Assembly: GCA_024704765.1 (NCBI GenBank)
Contig: JAKMXF010000222.1
Coordinates: forward strand, 1,116,001 to 1,180,000
Source of the DNA: Oopsacas minuta
Taxonomy: Eukaryota > Animalia > Porifera
DNA: 64,000 nucleotides
Direction: 5' to 3'
In this document: positions 49,530 to 63,371 of the stretch, piece after piece
Layout of the letters: each line of letters starts with the position of its first letter
How positions within the stretch are numbered: position 1 is the first letter of the stretch
Notes under the pieces: model-generated
Database searches by the model: none
What the model was told of the DNA's origin: nothing
The model's input: the letters and a program-made list of their open reading frames with translations, nothing else
Translations under genes and position numbers: made by a program

Positions 49530-50520
49530 TGGCTTCTAATCCATAAAATGTATTACTGAACAACGAGCTTGCACAAAGATTGGTGCCGTACTCGGCGACA
49601 AACCACTCCAGATACATGAGTATCTCGTCACCATTAATCATGGAGAAGCTCTAGCGTATTCCACTGTAAAGGAATGGGCACGTAATTTAATGGCTGGTAG
49701 GGCAGCATGAATATGCCCTTCGGAGCGGAAGAACAATTTCCGCTACCACCCCTGGAATTGCCTCTCAAATTATGGAACTTTTGGATAGTGACTCCCATTT
49801 GAGCGTTGAAGAGATTGGCCTAATTCTGGATAACTCATCGGGAAGTGTTCTTACGATTCTACACGATTATCTCGAATTTTCAAAGGTTCAGCGTGATGGA
49901 TACCAAAAATCCTCACAAAGGGGCAAAAGGAGCAGAGAGTTTCATGCGCAAAGAATTGCTTAAAGAATATGGATTTTGTGAATTTTGAAGTTTAAATGAA
50001 ATCGCTACTGGTGGTGACACTTGGGTACATTTTCTGAACCTCTGCGTAAGGAACAAAGCAAATCGTGTCTCCTTATAGTTTCTTATCCCCCCGAACAAGC
50101 ACACCCGGACTCCCGGGTCGATAGGGTTCTCTATAAACTATTTATTGATGCCTATGGGCAAGTGGCTCAAATACTGTGCCTTAAGGAGAACGACTCAATG
50201 GAGAATTTTACGCAGATTAATGCTTGAGAGAAGTCGACAAAGTCTTTAAACCACGACGTTCGTGTGCAGAAACTCGAGGGATCAAACTTTTCAACTATAG
50301 TTCCAGACTCCATGTTTCAAAATACGTACGGAAGGCATTGAGGATATCGCGTTTACAACTATGGAACATCTTCCATAATCCGAAGATCTATCAGTTAGTG
50401 ATTTCTGGCTTCTCCTGAGCTGAAAAAATTCTCAGAGACATATATCTCATACCCGACAAGAGCTAGTAAACGGAATTTACTATTACCTCAATTCAGTGGA
50501 CGGAAACGATAATAAAAAAA
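49530..50520 (+). pseudogene. mariner transposase remnant
   Basis: QRAC.K...YSTVKEW...RSGR, TGGDTW, YSPDL-type motif. Heavily decayed; TIRs not found. Confidence 0.7.
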
Positions 50521-50599
50521 CAATTTCAAATAGGGTTGAAAGGCTACAACTATGCGTATAAGTAGAGGTGGAGTATTTCGAACATTTTGTTTAGAAATT

Positions 50600-51814
50600 T
50601 GATTAGTTATTTCTTGTAGTGTCAAGACATATCTGTACTCTTCTTCGGGGATGGATTTGAAGTACTGGTACGGGCCCGTTCCGAGTTCTTGTAATGTGTT
50701 AAAATCTTTGCCTTGAAGGTAGATTTTAAGCTTGGGGAATAGCCAATAATCACACGGAGCTAGGTCTGGTGAGTATGGTGGATGGGGAAGTAATTCTAAC
50801 CCTTCAACATCCAAGAAATTATTGGTAAGCTTAGCTGTATGGGAACTGGCGTTATTATCAAAATCTTCATTCCTCGAGTCCCGGTTTTCGAGCGGTACTT
50901 TTCTATATTTTTTATCAAATTTGGAAGCACCTGCTCTGTAAAGAAAGTAGCAGTAACAGCCTTGCCACTCTCACAAGGTAATTGCAAGACAATTCCATGA
51001 CTACTGAAGAAGATGGTATACATAATCTTGGGTTTCTGAAGTCGGGCCTAGGAATTTTCGCCAGTTGTTCGTCGCCCCTCACCCATGATCACTTCTTATA
51101 CTTGCTGTATGGTGTTGAATAGTACACCCACGTCTCGTCACCAGTAATAATCTCTGTTAGGCGTCTAGAATCGCAGTTCTCATAAGTTTCCAAGAGTTTC
51201 TTGGCAATAATCAGTCGTACCACATTTGATTCTCACTAAGCTTATCGGGAGCCATTTCCCACAAATCGATTGGTAGCCAAGCTCAGCCGTCAGAATTGTA
51301 TGAATAGCTCCCTAACAAATCTCCATACTTTGTTCTAATTGATTGACAGTAATGCACTTGTCTTCCATGACCATACTTTCAATGAGTGTGATATTCTCTG
51401 AAATGGTGGCGGATACCGGTCTTCCAGATCGAGGCAAATCTGTGACATCAGCATCACCAGATCTAAAACGGGCAGCCCATCGCTCTGCAGTAGATCTGGA
51501 AGGGCAATCCACGCACAATATCTCCTGTAACTCGCTGAAGATCTGTACGGCTGGATCTTGAGTATTGTGCGAAACTCTATGTAAGCTCGCCATTTGAGGT
51601 TGAAATTATCATCCTTTGAAGCTATAAATTCAACAGTGGGTATAAATTGACTTCACGTAACTATCTCAAAAATTCATAATTTGTATTGAATAAGCTTAAA
51701 ACTTTCAGTATATGGAGTTTAACTATATGGTCTTATAATATATGAAAGTTAGATATATTACTTGACTAATTCCTAAGATATATCATGGCACACAAGATTT
51801 ATTGAACGCCCTGA
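50600..51814 (-). mobile_element. mariner element, 3'-truncated
   Basis: 5' TIR TA|TCAGGGCGTTCAATAAATC; PRSGRP, TGDETW, HPPYSPDLAPCDYWLFPKLK. Confidence 0.8.
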
Positions 51815-52602
51815 TAACAGACTATTGCAAATAATCGTATATAATGTTTTCATGACTCTGTGTTAGTCTCTTAGGGCTGCTTCTTAGTATCCTAGTTATG
51901 ATTGCACTTCGGTCATACCGTTACCTTCCTACCACCACCCGAAATGGAGTTCGCAAGTAAATCTGTCAATTGAGCGAGTCGGTCCCTTTTCATGTAGAAG
52001 TACTTCATTTGAATGTTAAAGATGCAGTTTTTCCATTAGAGAAATATATCACAGGCTTTTGTTTTGTAGATCCTATCAAATGAATGCAATTTTTCCTGAA
52101 GATGTAGTTGAGATGGGTGTGTTTATTATGATGTAGATGATATGAAATGAAACACGACACCAATTGAGGTCCATCAAGAAGTTATTTTCTTCATCTCATC
52201 AGAGTATTCAAGCATCAGAGTATCAGAACATTAGTAAATCAGAGGGAGAAGTAGTCACTATGGATTTGTTCAGTTTACGCCTGTCAGCATATGTTTATCA
52301 CTGCGTAAGACATGAACCCAACGAACGAAACCACTAATATTTTTAACAGACTATCAGACTAATTTCTAAAGAATGGAATTGAAACCACTACATTGTCACA
52401 TTATCACATACCTACATGTAGTTATTAATCGTTTGAATCGTGTATAACACCTAATCTCTCGCTATTGCGGATGTAATTTTGCATGTCGTGTCTCCGTTAT
52501 CTGGGCTCACCAAGTTTGTGTTATGTTGCCTGTTTGCCTGTGAAATTTCAAAGCAGCACAGTGGGCAAAAGTGGCAGTTTATATTAAGTAGGCATTTATA
52601 TA

Positions 52603-53913
52603 CAAGGGTTGTTCAATAATTAACGTGACTTTTTTTCATAATTCACATAGTAAACCTATACTTATCAGAATTGGTTATAAAATGTTTCGATAAATTCCCC
52701 CTTTAACTTTATACATCGTTTCCATCGTTCTGGTAACATTTCTAGCCCAGTGGTATAGAATTCTCTAGGGATCCCTTTACCCACTGTTTTATTTCATACT
52801 CCAGCCTTTTGAAATTCTTAAATCTCTTCCCTCGAAGAGGTCTCTTCATCTCTCCAAACAGCTAGTAGTCGCTTGGAGCCAGGTCTGGACTATACGGGGG
52901 ATGAGGGAGGCATTTGAATCCAAAGTCGTCAATTGCAGCCATTGTCTTGGAGCTTACATTGGGTCTTTCGTTGTTATGTTGCAACAATACGCCACGTGTC
53001 AACTTGCCTCGCCTCTCACGTTTAATCGCTTAACGCAATTCTTTCAATTCGTTAACGTAATAATCACTGTTTATGGTTATCTTCTTAAGCAACCAGTCGA
53101 GGTGTATAATTCCTTCCCTATACCAAAATACTGTTGCCATTCTCTTTCCTACTGATTTTGCGGGATTTACCTTGATGGGTACACGTTCATCACCTCTCTT
53201 GCACTGCTTCGATTGAGTTTTGCTCTCTGGTTCATAATAATAAAACCAAGTTTCATCCTCCGTCACTATACGACCCAAAAGTCTTCCGCTGCCTTGTATC
53301 TTGAAAGTAATTCTTTGCTAACTTTGACCCTTTCGCGTTTTTGTTCTTTTGAATGAAGTTTTGGGACCCAACGCACAGTTACCTTCGACTTTTCCAGATC
53401 TTCAGTGATAATCGAGTGTAGTGTGGCTTTCGATATACCTACCCTCTCTCCTAACTCTCGCAAGGTTATTCGTCTGTCCTCGTCCAAAATTGTTTGGACC
53501 CTCTCGATATTACTGTGGGTTTTTGAGGAAGTCGGATGACCTGGACGAGTGTCATCGTGGAATTCCTCATCGCCATTATCAAAACGTTCGATCCATCTAT
53601 ATATGGCGGCTTTCGAAGGTGATTCATCACTGTCAATATCCTGCATTTCACGAAGAATATATGAGCCAGTCTTCCCTTTTTTCCACAGGTACCAAATTAT
53701 TTGTCGTTTTCCCTCTTTGCTAAAATCCATTAGTGGAAAAGTAGCCTATACTAATGAAACTTTATACTGAAGAATATGCTAGTAGGGTAAAGTGTATATT
53801 GTATCGCAGTTAGACAAACAAGTTAAGCTCATAATCTGATATTTGGCTTGGAGCTGTATTAACTAGAATATGAATTTGATACATTGGTCTCATTACTTAT
53901 TGAACAACCCTTG
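52603..53913 (-). mobile_element. mariner element, 1311 bp, frameshifted transposase
   Basis: TIR CAAGGGTTGTTCAATAA at both ends with TA TSD; WVPKL, VTEDETW, YSPDLAPSDY. Confidence 0.9.
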
Positions 53914-54769
53914 TACATTTTGGATTCTCAAATCTATTATTTAGTTCTAGGATATCGACGATATGAATTCAGTAATTCATCTCTATTTTTTGTTTTCAAT
54001 TTTTATGATTACGACATCGTCTTGAAATTCTCTATATCAAAGATTCCATTTTCCTGGTGTTAAGAAATTGATTACCTCTTATAGGAAAATGTATATAACT
54101 GTTGTATAGCATGAGATCCTCGTGTTTCGTTTCATAAAGGATTCAAATATGTTTTCTATAATTTCAATAAGAATAATCCACTTATATTCCGAATTTCACT
54201 GTTTTCAGAAGGCGATACTTTTCATGTAGTGTTTTGGCATTTAATTTTGCTATTTTTATTGTCGATTCGACTCAGATTAATAAGTTTCCAGAAGTGCATA
54301 ATAACAGGATTTTGCATTCTTTTTATGGCAGAAAGTTTTATATCCATGCATCTTTCACTTAGGTTGCAATTTAACTACTTTGAGCTATATTCATAATATT
54401 TGCATTTTGGTTGTGAGCTGGAACAAATTTTCCAGGAGAATGTTTCAAACATGTTTTGTGAAAATAATTAGGTCACTACTATAATCCCAGTATTGGTGAA
54501 ACCGATCAATGCCTATCTATGAAACGTTTCCAAATCTACATTAGAAAATACTTCATAATTATAATTTCATTATGATTACAATATCAATTGACATTGTTTT
54601 CGCAAGATGAATGGAATATAAAAATCTAACAGAAAATTATTTTCTGAACGTCCTGTATGCTCATAATCCTTGAAAATAGAATTAATTCAATAAATGAAAA
54701 TATATCTAACAAGTATTTACGAGACTAATTGATCAAAAGTGAATTTAATATGGTCCTTGTTCATTTTCT

Positions 54770-55135
54770 CGGTATTGTGAAGAGCAATTAAATTTGTAAA
54801 TGTTGCTCATTTCTCCTCAATTTTTGCGTGCAACAACACACCAAAATGAACTCAATGCCGGTTCGCTATACCTTTCAAAACGGGCGAAGATATCTCTATT
54901 CAGAATTCTTACCTGCCAGATGCTCACGATATCTACAAATCAATTTTTGCATGATTCCACGAACTGCTTCTTCAGGATATTCTTTCATACCATAACCATC
55001 GTTGCATTTTCGGATTAACTCAGCGCTATGAGCTAACACTTTGTGTAAAGTATTTGAATATAATGAGAGGAAGACTTGGCAACTACACCCAATATTGTCT
55101 ACTATACTTGCCACCGAATGAGCTGGACAAAAGTG
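54770..55135 (-). pseudogene. RAG1-like transposase C-terminal fragment
   Basis: TLHKVLAHSAELIRKCNDGYGMKEYPEEA...KLICRYREHLA parallels TLHKLLAHSEELIRE...FSEEG...KLIRKYRENLA at 13530-13670. Confidence 0.75.
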
Positions 55136-55139
55136 GCCT

Positions 55140-55545
55140 TAATGTGCATGTGGTCTCTATAGAGTGGTTGACCGTTATTACTTTATAGAAAGGTCTACTA
55201 TAATTGAATTTCATGGCTGTTATATAGAGGAGGCGGCAATTAATACAAGTCACTGGTATATATCATGATGCTTTGGAAATAGTCAATGCTGACAACCCAA
55301 GGAAATGGACTTTATGGAAGGCGACCGCAAAATAAATTGACAGTTAGATAAAGGAAATGGCTGGTATATAGGTGTGGCATTATAGACAAGTTTATCGCAA
55401 GTAAGGGAGCAATAATGTTGGCCGCTGGGTGAGTTGAGTAGGTGGCTGCAATACAGAGGTCATAATGGTATATTGGAGAGGACTGTTTTGAGATGGACGC
55501 AATTTATAGTTGATCGTTATACTGAGGTGCATATTAACCATGTGT
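55140..55545. repeat. MITE-like region with recurring TATAG(A)GGTGGC/GACCG motifs
   Basis: Degenerate short motifs recur; termini not resolved. Confidence 0.3.
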
Positions 55546-55677
55546 CACTGTGATCTATATACTCGTTGGTTTCCCCTCAGATGTTATCGAAAGAGTCGTT
55601 CCTGATTTGTCTACTCAAACAAAGGTCCGCCATATCGCGGAGAGGTTGTCCTTAATCTGAGTGGCTAATTGTATTTA

Positions 55678-56830
55678 CAGTGCAAGTCAAAAAGAATTGC
55701 TCAGAATAAATTTACCCCAAATTCTTATCTCTATGACTGATTTTAATAATAATGCTTTATTATAATCAAGTAAATTGTCTTTAGTATTTAGTAGAACCGT
55801 CTCTTGCTTGAAATACGGCTTTACATCTTTGCGGTATACTTTCAATTAGAGTATGAGCCTGTCAATGTCGATGCTATCCCAAGTGCTTAATATGGCATTC
55901 CATAACTCTGAGTGGTTGGATGGGCTTTTCTCTTGAATTCGGAGGGAAATGTGAGCCCAAAGATTCTCAATCGGATTTAGATAGGTGACTGAGCAGGCCA
56001 ATTCATAACCTCTATTTTTTGCTCACCAAACCATTGCTTAGCACCCTTTGACCTATGGAATGGGGCGTTGTCTTGCTGAAAGGTCCATCCAGAATGTAGA
56101 GAATGCATATCAACACTTGGGATTAGTGCATTTTCCAATATATCAATCTAGGAATTTGTCTTGAGGTTCTCAGATACTTTCCATAAAAGTCCTACGCCAC
56201 TCCAGCAAAAGCATCCCCAAAGCATGATGCCACCTCCACCAAACTTGCAAATATTTTGAGGACACCTCTCTGAGGACTCATCCCCTTTCATCCTCCTGAC
56301 GTAGGCTCTCCCGTCATTAGTATATTGAAGGAACATAGATTCGTCACTGAACACAACTCTTGCCCATTCTTCAGTATTCCAATTCTTGTGCGATCTTAAG
56401 AAGGAAAGTCGGTCTCTTTTGTGCTTGGTTGGTAAGGCGGGGCTTCCTTCGCTGTTTTTCGTCCGAAAAGTCCAGCCCCTCGTAACCTCTCTGGACTGTT
56501 GAGGTGGAAAGTTTTATCGAATATTCTGATAACACTTCAGTTTTGATCTGAGGAGCAGTCTTAAATCGATGCTTTTTGCATTTTCTGACCAATGAATTGT
56601 CTTGCCTTTTGGTTGTGACACGAGACGAACTCGGAATAACGAGGTCTCTTACCGAGCCAGTTAGTCTGTGTTCTTAAGGATCTTGCCCGCACTTTTTTGA
56701 CTACACCCAACCATTTTAGCTACCTCCATCTGAGTATGGCCACTTTCTGAAAGTAGTATCAGGTTGGCTTGATTTTCAATGGAAATTCGTGGTTTCGAAG
56801 GCATTGAAAATTCGATTAAAACGGATAAAT
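55678..56830 (-). mobile_element. Tc1 DD34E element remnant
   Basis: FSDES, GGGGIMLWGCF, FQQDNAP...WPAQSP(D)LNPIE with 34 spacing after restoring a 1-nt deletion. One end TA|CAGTGCAAGTC. Confidence 0.75.
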
Positions 56831-56985
56831 TGGATAAAAAGAATACATAATAAAATCGGTAAGTTGTGCAAATATAATGAGTGGATTAGCTGTGTTGGTC
56901 TGTTACTTGTCAAAATACATATGGCTGAGTACGGTTTCGCAAGAATTCAATTATCTGGTCAGCGTATACAATATGGCATTTACTA

Positions 56986-58316
56986 CAGGGTGTTACAAAA
57001 GTCTGGGCACCTCTAGTAACGTAAATTGTATACTACATAGCATACACACACTATCGATTTTATTGGCTAATATAATCACCATGCAATTCTATTACTTTTC
57101 TAATCCTATCAGGCATGCCACTAACAAAATTATTTAAAATATCAGCATCAATACTGATCCATGCCAATTTGAGGTTCGGAATTAGGGTTATCAATTGTGT
57201 TCACTTGACCCAACTTATCCACTCTATCAGCTAATATAGACCATAAATTCTCGATAAGATTTTGGTCAAGAGAGTTGGCTGGCCACTCGCCTTTCTTCCA
57301 AAATCGGGGAAACTGTTTGTGACCATTCTTGCGTAGCTTTAGCCGTGTGTGCTGGAGCACCGTCCTGCATGAATAATAAATCCGACATGTTTAACAACAT
57401 TGATCTTTCCACAATGCTACCTGTTTTGGAAGAACGGCTAATAGTATCAAGACAAGTGACTCCTAGTTTATTATCACGGTAATATGCTACGTCTACGGAC
57501 TGCTTTTGGGGAATTATGTACAATTCTGACAAGGCACGGTGTGACATCATGCCCTATACCATGACTTTAGTAGGAAATTTCACCTTGAAAACTGGGCTGA
57601 CATCTTTGCCATTTTTGCTCCACACTCTATCGTTCTATCAGTTTGGTGTTGAAATTGTTCGAAGGACGATTCGTCCGACCGAATAAATCTTCAATGGTCC
57701 AATCCTTATGATTGTGTGCGAACTAAAGCCGATTTCCCTTGATCCTCTCAATAATTCGCGGAATTTGGGGCCGTTTGAATGCTCTGGCACCAAGATTTTT
57801 TGTCAGATGTCGATAGACAGTCGAAGAAGAAGCAGAATAGTCCTTTCAGGTAAGCTCTTAGCTATATTTCGGGTTGAATGTCTTAGTTAGTCCAAAGATT
57901 TCGCTATTACTATCTTAACGTCCCGATTTAGAGTTTTGGACTGTCAGATCTTGCCTTTGTCTCCAATGAATGACCACATTTGGCTGCTGCCCACCATCTT
58001 TTAATGGAACGTAATCCAGCACCTAACCTCAGAGCATCATCTTTCTGTGATACACCAGCTTCCAGCATGCCTATTGCTTTAGAACGGACTGCAATTCCAT
58101 GATCTCCGACATTCATTATTCTAGTGTTTACGAATTACAAAACAACGAAAAAAAATTGTGATTATCGACAATATATAAGGTATTAGGGTGAATAATGCGT
58201 TAGAATACTTGAACTGACATTATAATACGATAGTATTCAGATCTAACAGTGTTTACATTGATAAACTAGATAGATGGTTTAATTAGAATAGATGCCAAGA
58301 CTTTTGAAACACCCTG
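56986..58316 (-). mobile_element. Tc1-like DD37E-family element, 1331 bp, disrupted
   Basis: TA|CAGGGTGTTACAAAAGTC ... GACTTTTGAAACACCCTG|TA; MMSHRALSEL, FMQDGAPAH. Confidence 0.85.
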
Positions 58317-58435
58317 TATACTGTATACATTCATTTTGAGCAATTCTTTATGGCCAGCACTGTATAGGGTACTCTCAGTACATACACCAACACAAAACTC
58401 CCAATCTAATCCTGATTGATCAACGATATAGATGT

Positions 58436-60570
58436 CACAGGTCAACAAAAACATATTTCTATCTCTTGGCTCAGAATATTGGAGTGTTTTTAGGGTATAT
58501 CGGGGTTGCTGTATCCAAAATACCATTAGTTTTGCTGAATTGGCTCTAGTTTTCTAGATATTACACAACCTTAAATATTAAGGTAATACTACAAATATTT
58601 TCGGTTTGTATGTTTATATCAACATTTACAACTATTTGTTCACAACATAGAACCTTTTATGGATTCAAAACGCATTAGACGTTGTTGCCTCAATGATCCT
58701 AATGTCTTTTGCTATATTTGTAGTGAATATACGTATGGCAAAGAAACATCGTTTTAATATTGGAGATGTCACCAAAATAGCTTATCAGGCTTACTTTGGT
58801 ATTAAATTAGACGATCAGGATAAGTCATGGAGCCCTCACAAAGTGTGCAAATATTGTACAGAAACCCTCCGCCTATGGACCCAAGGAAAAGCCAAATCCA
58901 TGAAGTTTGGGGTACCAATGGTTTGGGGAGACCCCAAGAACCATCACGATGACTGCTACTTCTGCATGGTTGAAATGTCTGGATGGAACCGGCAGAAAAA
59001 GAATTCGTGGCATTATCCTGACATACATTCTGAAAGACGCCCAAATCCACACTGCAGCGAAGTTCAGGTGCCCGTTTTTACGTCCTTACCTGATACTGCG
59101 TTTACTGAGGCAATTGATGAATCGTCGGGCAGCACTAACAGCATCAATAGCTGTAATGAGTTGCTACAGATAAGTAAAGCGGAGCCTTTCACACAGGGAC
59201 AGCTCAACGGCTTAGTGAGAGACTTAGGCTTGTCATAAGATACTTCAGAGATCCTGGCCTCCGTCTCAGTAAACACCATGTTCTCCACGGTGAAGCTAAG
59301 ATAACTTATTACCAACACAGAGACGGAGAACTCATTCGCTATTTCAGTGAAGAAGGCGGTTTCGTGTTTTTTAATACCATCCCAGGACTTCTCTCACCAA
59401 TGGGACTGTCCCAATACAATCCAAATGAGTGACGTTTATTATCGACAACTCTAAACGGAGTCTAAAGTGCGTGTTGCTGCATAATGGTAACAAATTTGCG
59501 TGTCTTCCGATCGGCCATTCAGTAATCTTTAAAGAGCACTATGCAACTGTAAAGATGGTGCTACAAAAGCTATGTTATGATGAACGTAACTGGATCGCGT
59601 GTGTGGACTTGAAAATGGTCAATATCCTGTTAGGTCAGCAAAGTGGTTACACTCAACCCATGCTTTCTTTGTTTGTGGGACAGCAGAGCGGGTAAGGTGC
59701 ATTGGGAAATGAAGAACTGGCCAGTTCGTCAAAAGATTGCCGTGTGAAAAGAATATCATTAACAAGCCACTAGTTAGCCGTGACAGTATCATCCTACCAC
59801 CACTACATATCAAGTTGGGACTGATGAAACAATTCGTAAAGGCATTGAACAAAGATGGTACCTGTTTCAACTACCTCTACTCAGTAGATCGTGGCCTGAG
59901 TATCGAAAAACTTAAGGCAGGAATTTTTGATGGGCCACAAATCAGAAAACTGATAAAAGATGAAGCATTCGCCTCACACATGACTGGAGTTGAGGCTGTG
60001 AGTGGTTTCCTTTGTCGATGTTGTAAAGGGATTCTTAGGCAACACCAAAGTGGCTAACTACCAGAATCTGGTCGAAGGCATGCTCAAGAACTTCCACATT
60101 CTGGGAACCAGAATGTGCATAAAACTTCACTATCTCTTTAGCCATTTAGAGAGATTCCCTGAAAGTCTTGTTGATTTAAGCGAAGAACAGGGCGAGTGAT
60201 TCCACCAAGACATCAGGACTATGGAGGAACGGTACCAAGGAAGATGGGACGCTCACATGTTCGCAGATTACTGCTGGAGCCTTATGCGTGATTGCCCCCA
60301 AGAACCTCACAAGATGAATTCGTATAAGAGAACATTCGTTCATGATTGGTAAGTATTCAGATCATATTATAACTCAAATTATCTGCTTATTACGTACGTT
60401 CAATTCTAGTTATAATGTAATACATACATATTATATGGTATCAGTGAACACAAATTTACGGATACTGAAAAACATAATATTACAGTATCACGAAAAGTAG
60501 AGCCAATTGACCAGAACTACAGGCTGTATCATAATTATTGTCGAGTTCTAGGAAATATCCCAAAACACAA
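58436..60570 (+). mobile_element. Chapaev3-like transposon 2, disrupted, right TIR not found
   Basis: Left TIR CACAGGTCAACAA. DQDKSWSPHKVCKYC...FGVPMVW.DPKNHHDDCYFC, PPLHIKLGLMKQFVKAL, SEEQGE.FHQDI. Confidence 0.8.
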
Positions 60571-60599
60571 TAAAGTAAATCGTTTAAACTAATTATTTA

Positions 60600-61700
60600 T
60601 TTATGTAATCTCCATCGCATTCTATAACTGATCTAATCCTATTAGGCATACTTATTTCTAAATTTTCTAAAATTCTTGGTTCAATGCCCCCCCCCAAGCC
60701 TTTTTTACTTGAGAAATTAAATGGTCCAGCTTCGTCACATTCTCCATTTGGCCGACGCTATCTTTCAGAATAGACCATAGATTCTCAATAGGATTGAGGT
60801 CAAGCGAGTTTCTTGGCCACTCTTTTTTCATCCAAAACTTTGGGAAATTCTTTTCACACAAGGACTGAGTCAAATTTGCAGTGTGTGCTGAAGCACCATC
60901 CTGCATAAAAATAAAATTGGACATATCTGGGAGCATTGATCGCTGAATATTGTCCCATTTTCCGAGTCGCGTTCTATTGCATCCTTACAGGTTTTATTCA
61001 AAATATAGTTCCGATAGTAGCAACCATTTATTGTCTGTTTTGGATGCACTATATGGAGTTCAGAGACAGCTCGATGGGACATCATACCCCAGACATGAAT
61101 TTTCCCTAGAAATTTAACTTGAACGCAAGGTCCAACATTGTCTGAATTTTTAGCCCAAATCCGGTCGTTCTGTCGGTTTGGAGTATTGAACAATTGAAAA
61201 GGTGCTTCATCAGACCACAATACCTGTTTCCAATCTTCGACAGTCCATTCTTTGCGAGATTCTGCAAATTTGAGTCGTTTTTCCTTCATTTTCTCCGTCA
61301 ATCGCGGCCTTTTATGCCTTTTGTAGGATTTCGCGCAAATATTATCCCGAAGATAACGATGAACGGTCGAATGCGATATAGGATAGCCCCTTGAGGCCAC
61401 TATGTCAGCCAATTTCCTAGTAGATTTGCATCTTTTTCAAAGAGATTTCGAAATTATAATTTTGGCGGCCTTTTGTCACTCGAATTCCTTCCAGGATGGG
61501 CTACAGTTTTTTGAGATTTTCTGAGCTTCTGCATGCGCCACCACCGTTCGATTGATCTTAAACCAACTTGGAGCTTTATAGCTACGTCTTTCTGGGTCAT
61601 GCCAGCATTTAGCATGCCAATAGCTTAATTACGGATTTCCAAACCATGATCTTTGACATTCATTTTCCGAATATATCAAGGAGCGTCAATGTGAAAAATT
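60600..61700 (-). pseudogene. DD37E-family transposase remnant
   Basis: WSDEAPFQLF..PNRQNDRIW, WGMMSHRAVSEL, FMQDGASAH...NSLDLNPIENLW. TIRs not found. Confidence 0.8.
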
Positions 61701-61939
61701 TTCTAAGAAATACGATCAGTCCAAAGTATTTAAGTATTGTTTTAGATAGCATTAACATAATACTTTACGATACTGCATAATAAATTGAATTCTAATTAAA
61801 GTTGTAATATAATCCGTTACTATATGAATATTATTACTACCCGACACATTTATGATACACCTTGTAGTGCCATTTTCGAACTCAGTGACCCCGATATACC
61901 CTAGAGATAGTCTCAACTTATCAGCCAAGAAAGCGTTGT

Positions 61940-62750
61940 TGGCCAGTGTATTCAATCCATCAAAAATTTGAGAACTAGTGATATTTGTAGGCTATGATAT
62001 CGAACATCAATACTCTTCCTTCACATCACCACAATGTTCAAAACGAACATAAAATAACAAACTCGACAAATTTGCTATGTCACTAGATTCATCTAGCTGC
62101 AAAGAATACCATTTAGCTGATTTTATTTGCTAGATCAGCTGTTCTTCCATGTCGCAAGCAAGATCGATCACTCTTCTAGCAACAGTGTCGTTTGATAGTG
62201 GAACCCGCGCAGTTATCTTTGCTGCAGATTCTCCCAACATTTCTCGGCATAGATCACCAATGCAACCAACCAGAAGTTGTTCGCCAATTATGTATGGTTT
62301 TTTTGCCTTCACAATACGTAAAGATTCCTTGTAAGAAGCTCTTAATGCTGAAACATTTATGTGAGATGAATCAACATTTGTTTCTGGCAGCCTATTAATT
62401 CGTCGCGTTTTTCTTGAAAAACTCAACTGGTTTTGAGATCAGCACCGTTTGTAAATGTCTACTGAACTTTGAAGGCTTTAAAGCTCCATTGGACAAAACC
62501 TCGCCACATATAAGACACTGAGGCTTCTGTAGTCCATCTTTGAATATAGAAGTAAAACCAAAGCGAATGAATGAAATGTCGTAGTTATGGATTTTCGTGC
62601 AACCTCTTTTTCCCGGTTTGTCGGATTTATCAATAACTCATCTTCATCAGATCCCGAAATGTCTTGAGAATCAGTATAGAGTCTATTACTCTTAGTTAGG
62701 TAAGTATCCAATTGTCCTCGCTTTCGTTTGGACATAAATTTCTTTTTCAA
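61940..62750 (-). pseudogene. hAT Buster-type transposase 5' fragment
   Basis: KPQCLICGEVLSNGALKPSK, KAKKPYIIGEQL, VPLSNDTVARR, LQLDESSD. Confidence 0.8.
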
Positions 62751-63371
62751 CTATAGCAAATTAATAACTAAAATATTAATAGATATTAGCAAAGGTACGA
62801 TCTATTTGAAAACTATCAATGGAAGTTCTACCTATTCTTAAAACAGGATAACTGTTTGTATTTAATGCTCTATGTTATATGTTTGCTGGGTGACATAATT
62901 CTAAATAGCATTCTAGGAGGTGGAATAAGTGTAATCGTGACCTACGTTATAATAAGGCCTGTTCACTAGTGCGATTTTTTGGACCATGGATGTCGTTTAA
63001 GTCCATTGAATTTTATTTCAAATAATCATGTATTTGATGTTATTCACCCAAATCGTGAACTTAAAAATTATTCTTAGGCGATTTTAAAGACTATGGATGT
63101 CGTTGAAGGCTTGTAAAAAGTATTTCTTAGAAACCCATAATATTTATATTAATTTATGAATTAACCTTTTTGTTATATTCAATTTATTGAAACAATACAT
63201 TTAAGTGCTCACTACCCGTTGTACCTTGTCCTCTTGTACTTTTATCCTAAGTTGTTTAGACAACTTAGATTTTATCTCTGTAATGCCGCTCTCCACCCTG
63301 TTCTATCAGTTATGTGCATTTCTTTAATCTACCTCTCGATTTCTCCTTTTTATAGTTTCAATTAGCTTGTC

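Noticed and set aside
55546-55552. CACTGTG as the 5' terminus of the second RAG1-like fragment
   Set aside because: No partner CACAGTG or TSD found, and the adjacent sequence does not resemble the GGTTTA TIR continuation; probably chance.
58490-61905. TAGGGTATATCGGGG inverted pair as the ends of one element
   Set aside because: Short match; the left copy is internal to the Chapaev3-like subterminal region and no TSD was found.
45263-62750. Minus-strand orientation bias of TEs (piRNA-cluster-like or intronic antisense bias)
   Set aside because: Whole-window count is about 15 minus versus 10 plus, too weak to claim, and nested elements are not independent.
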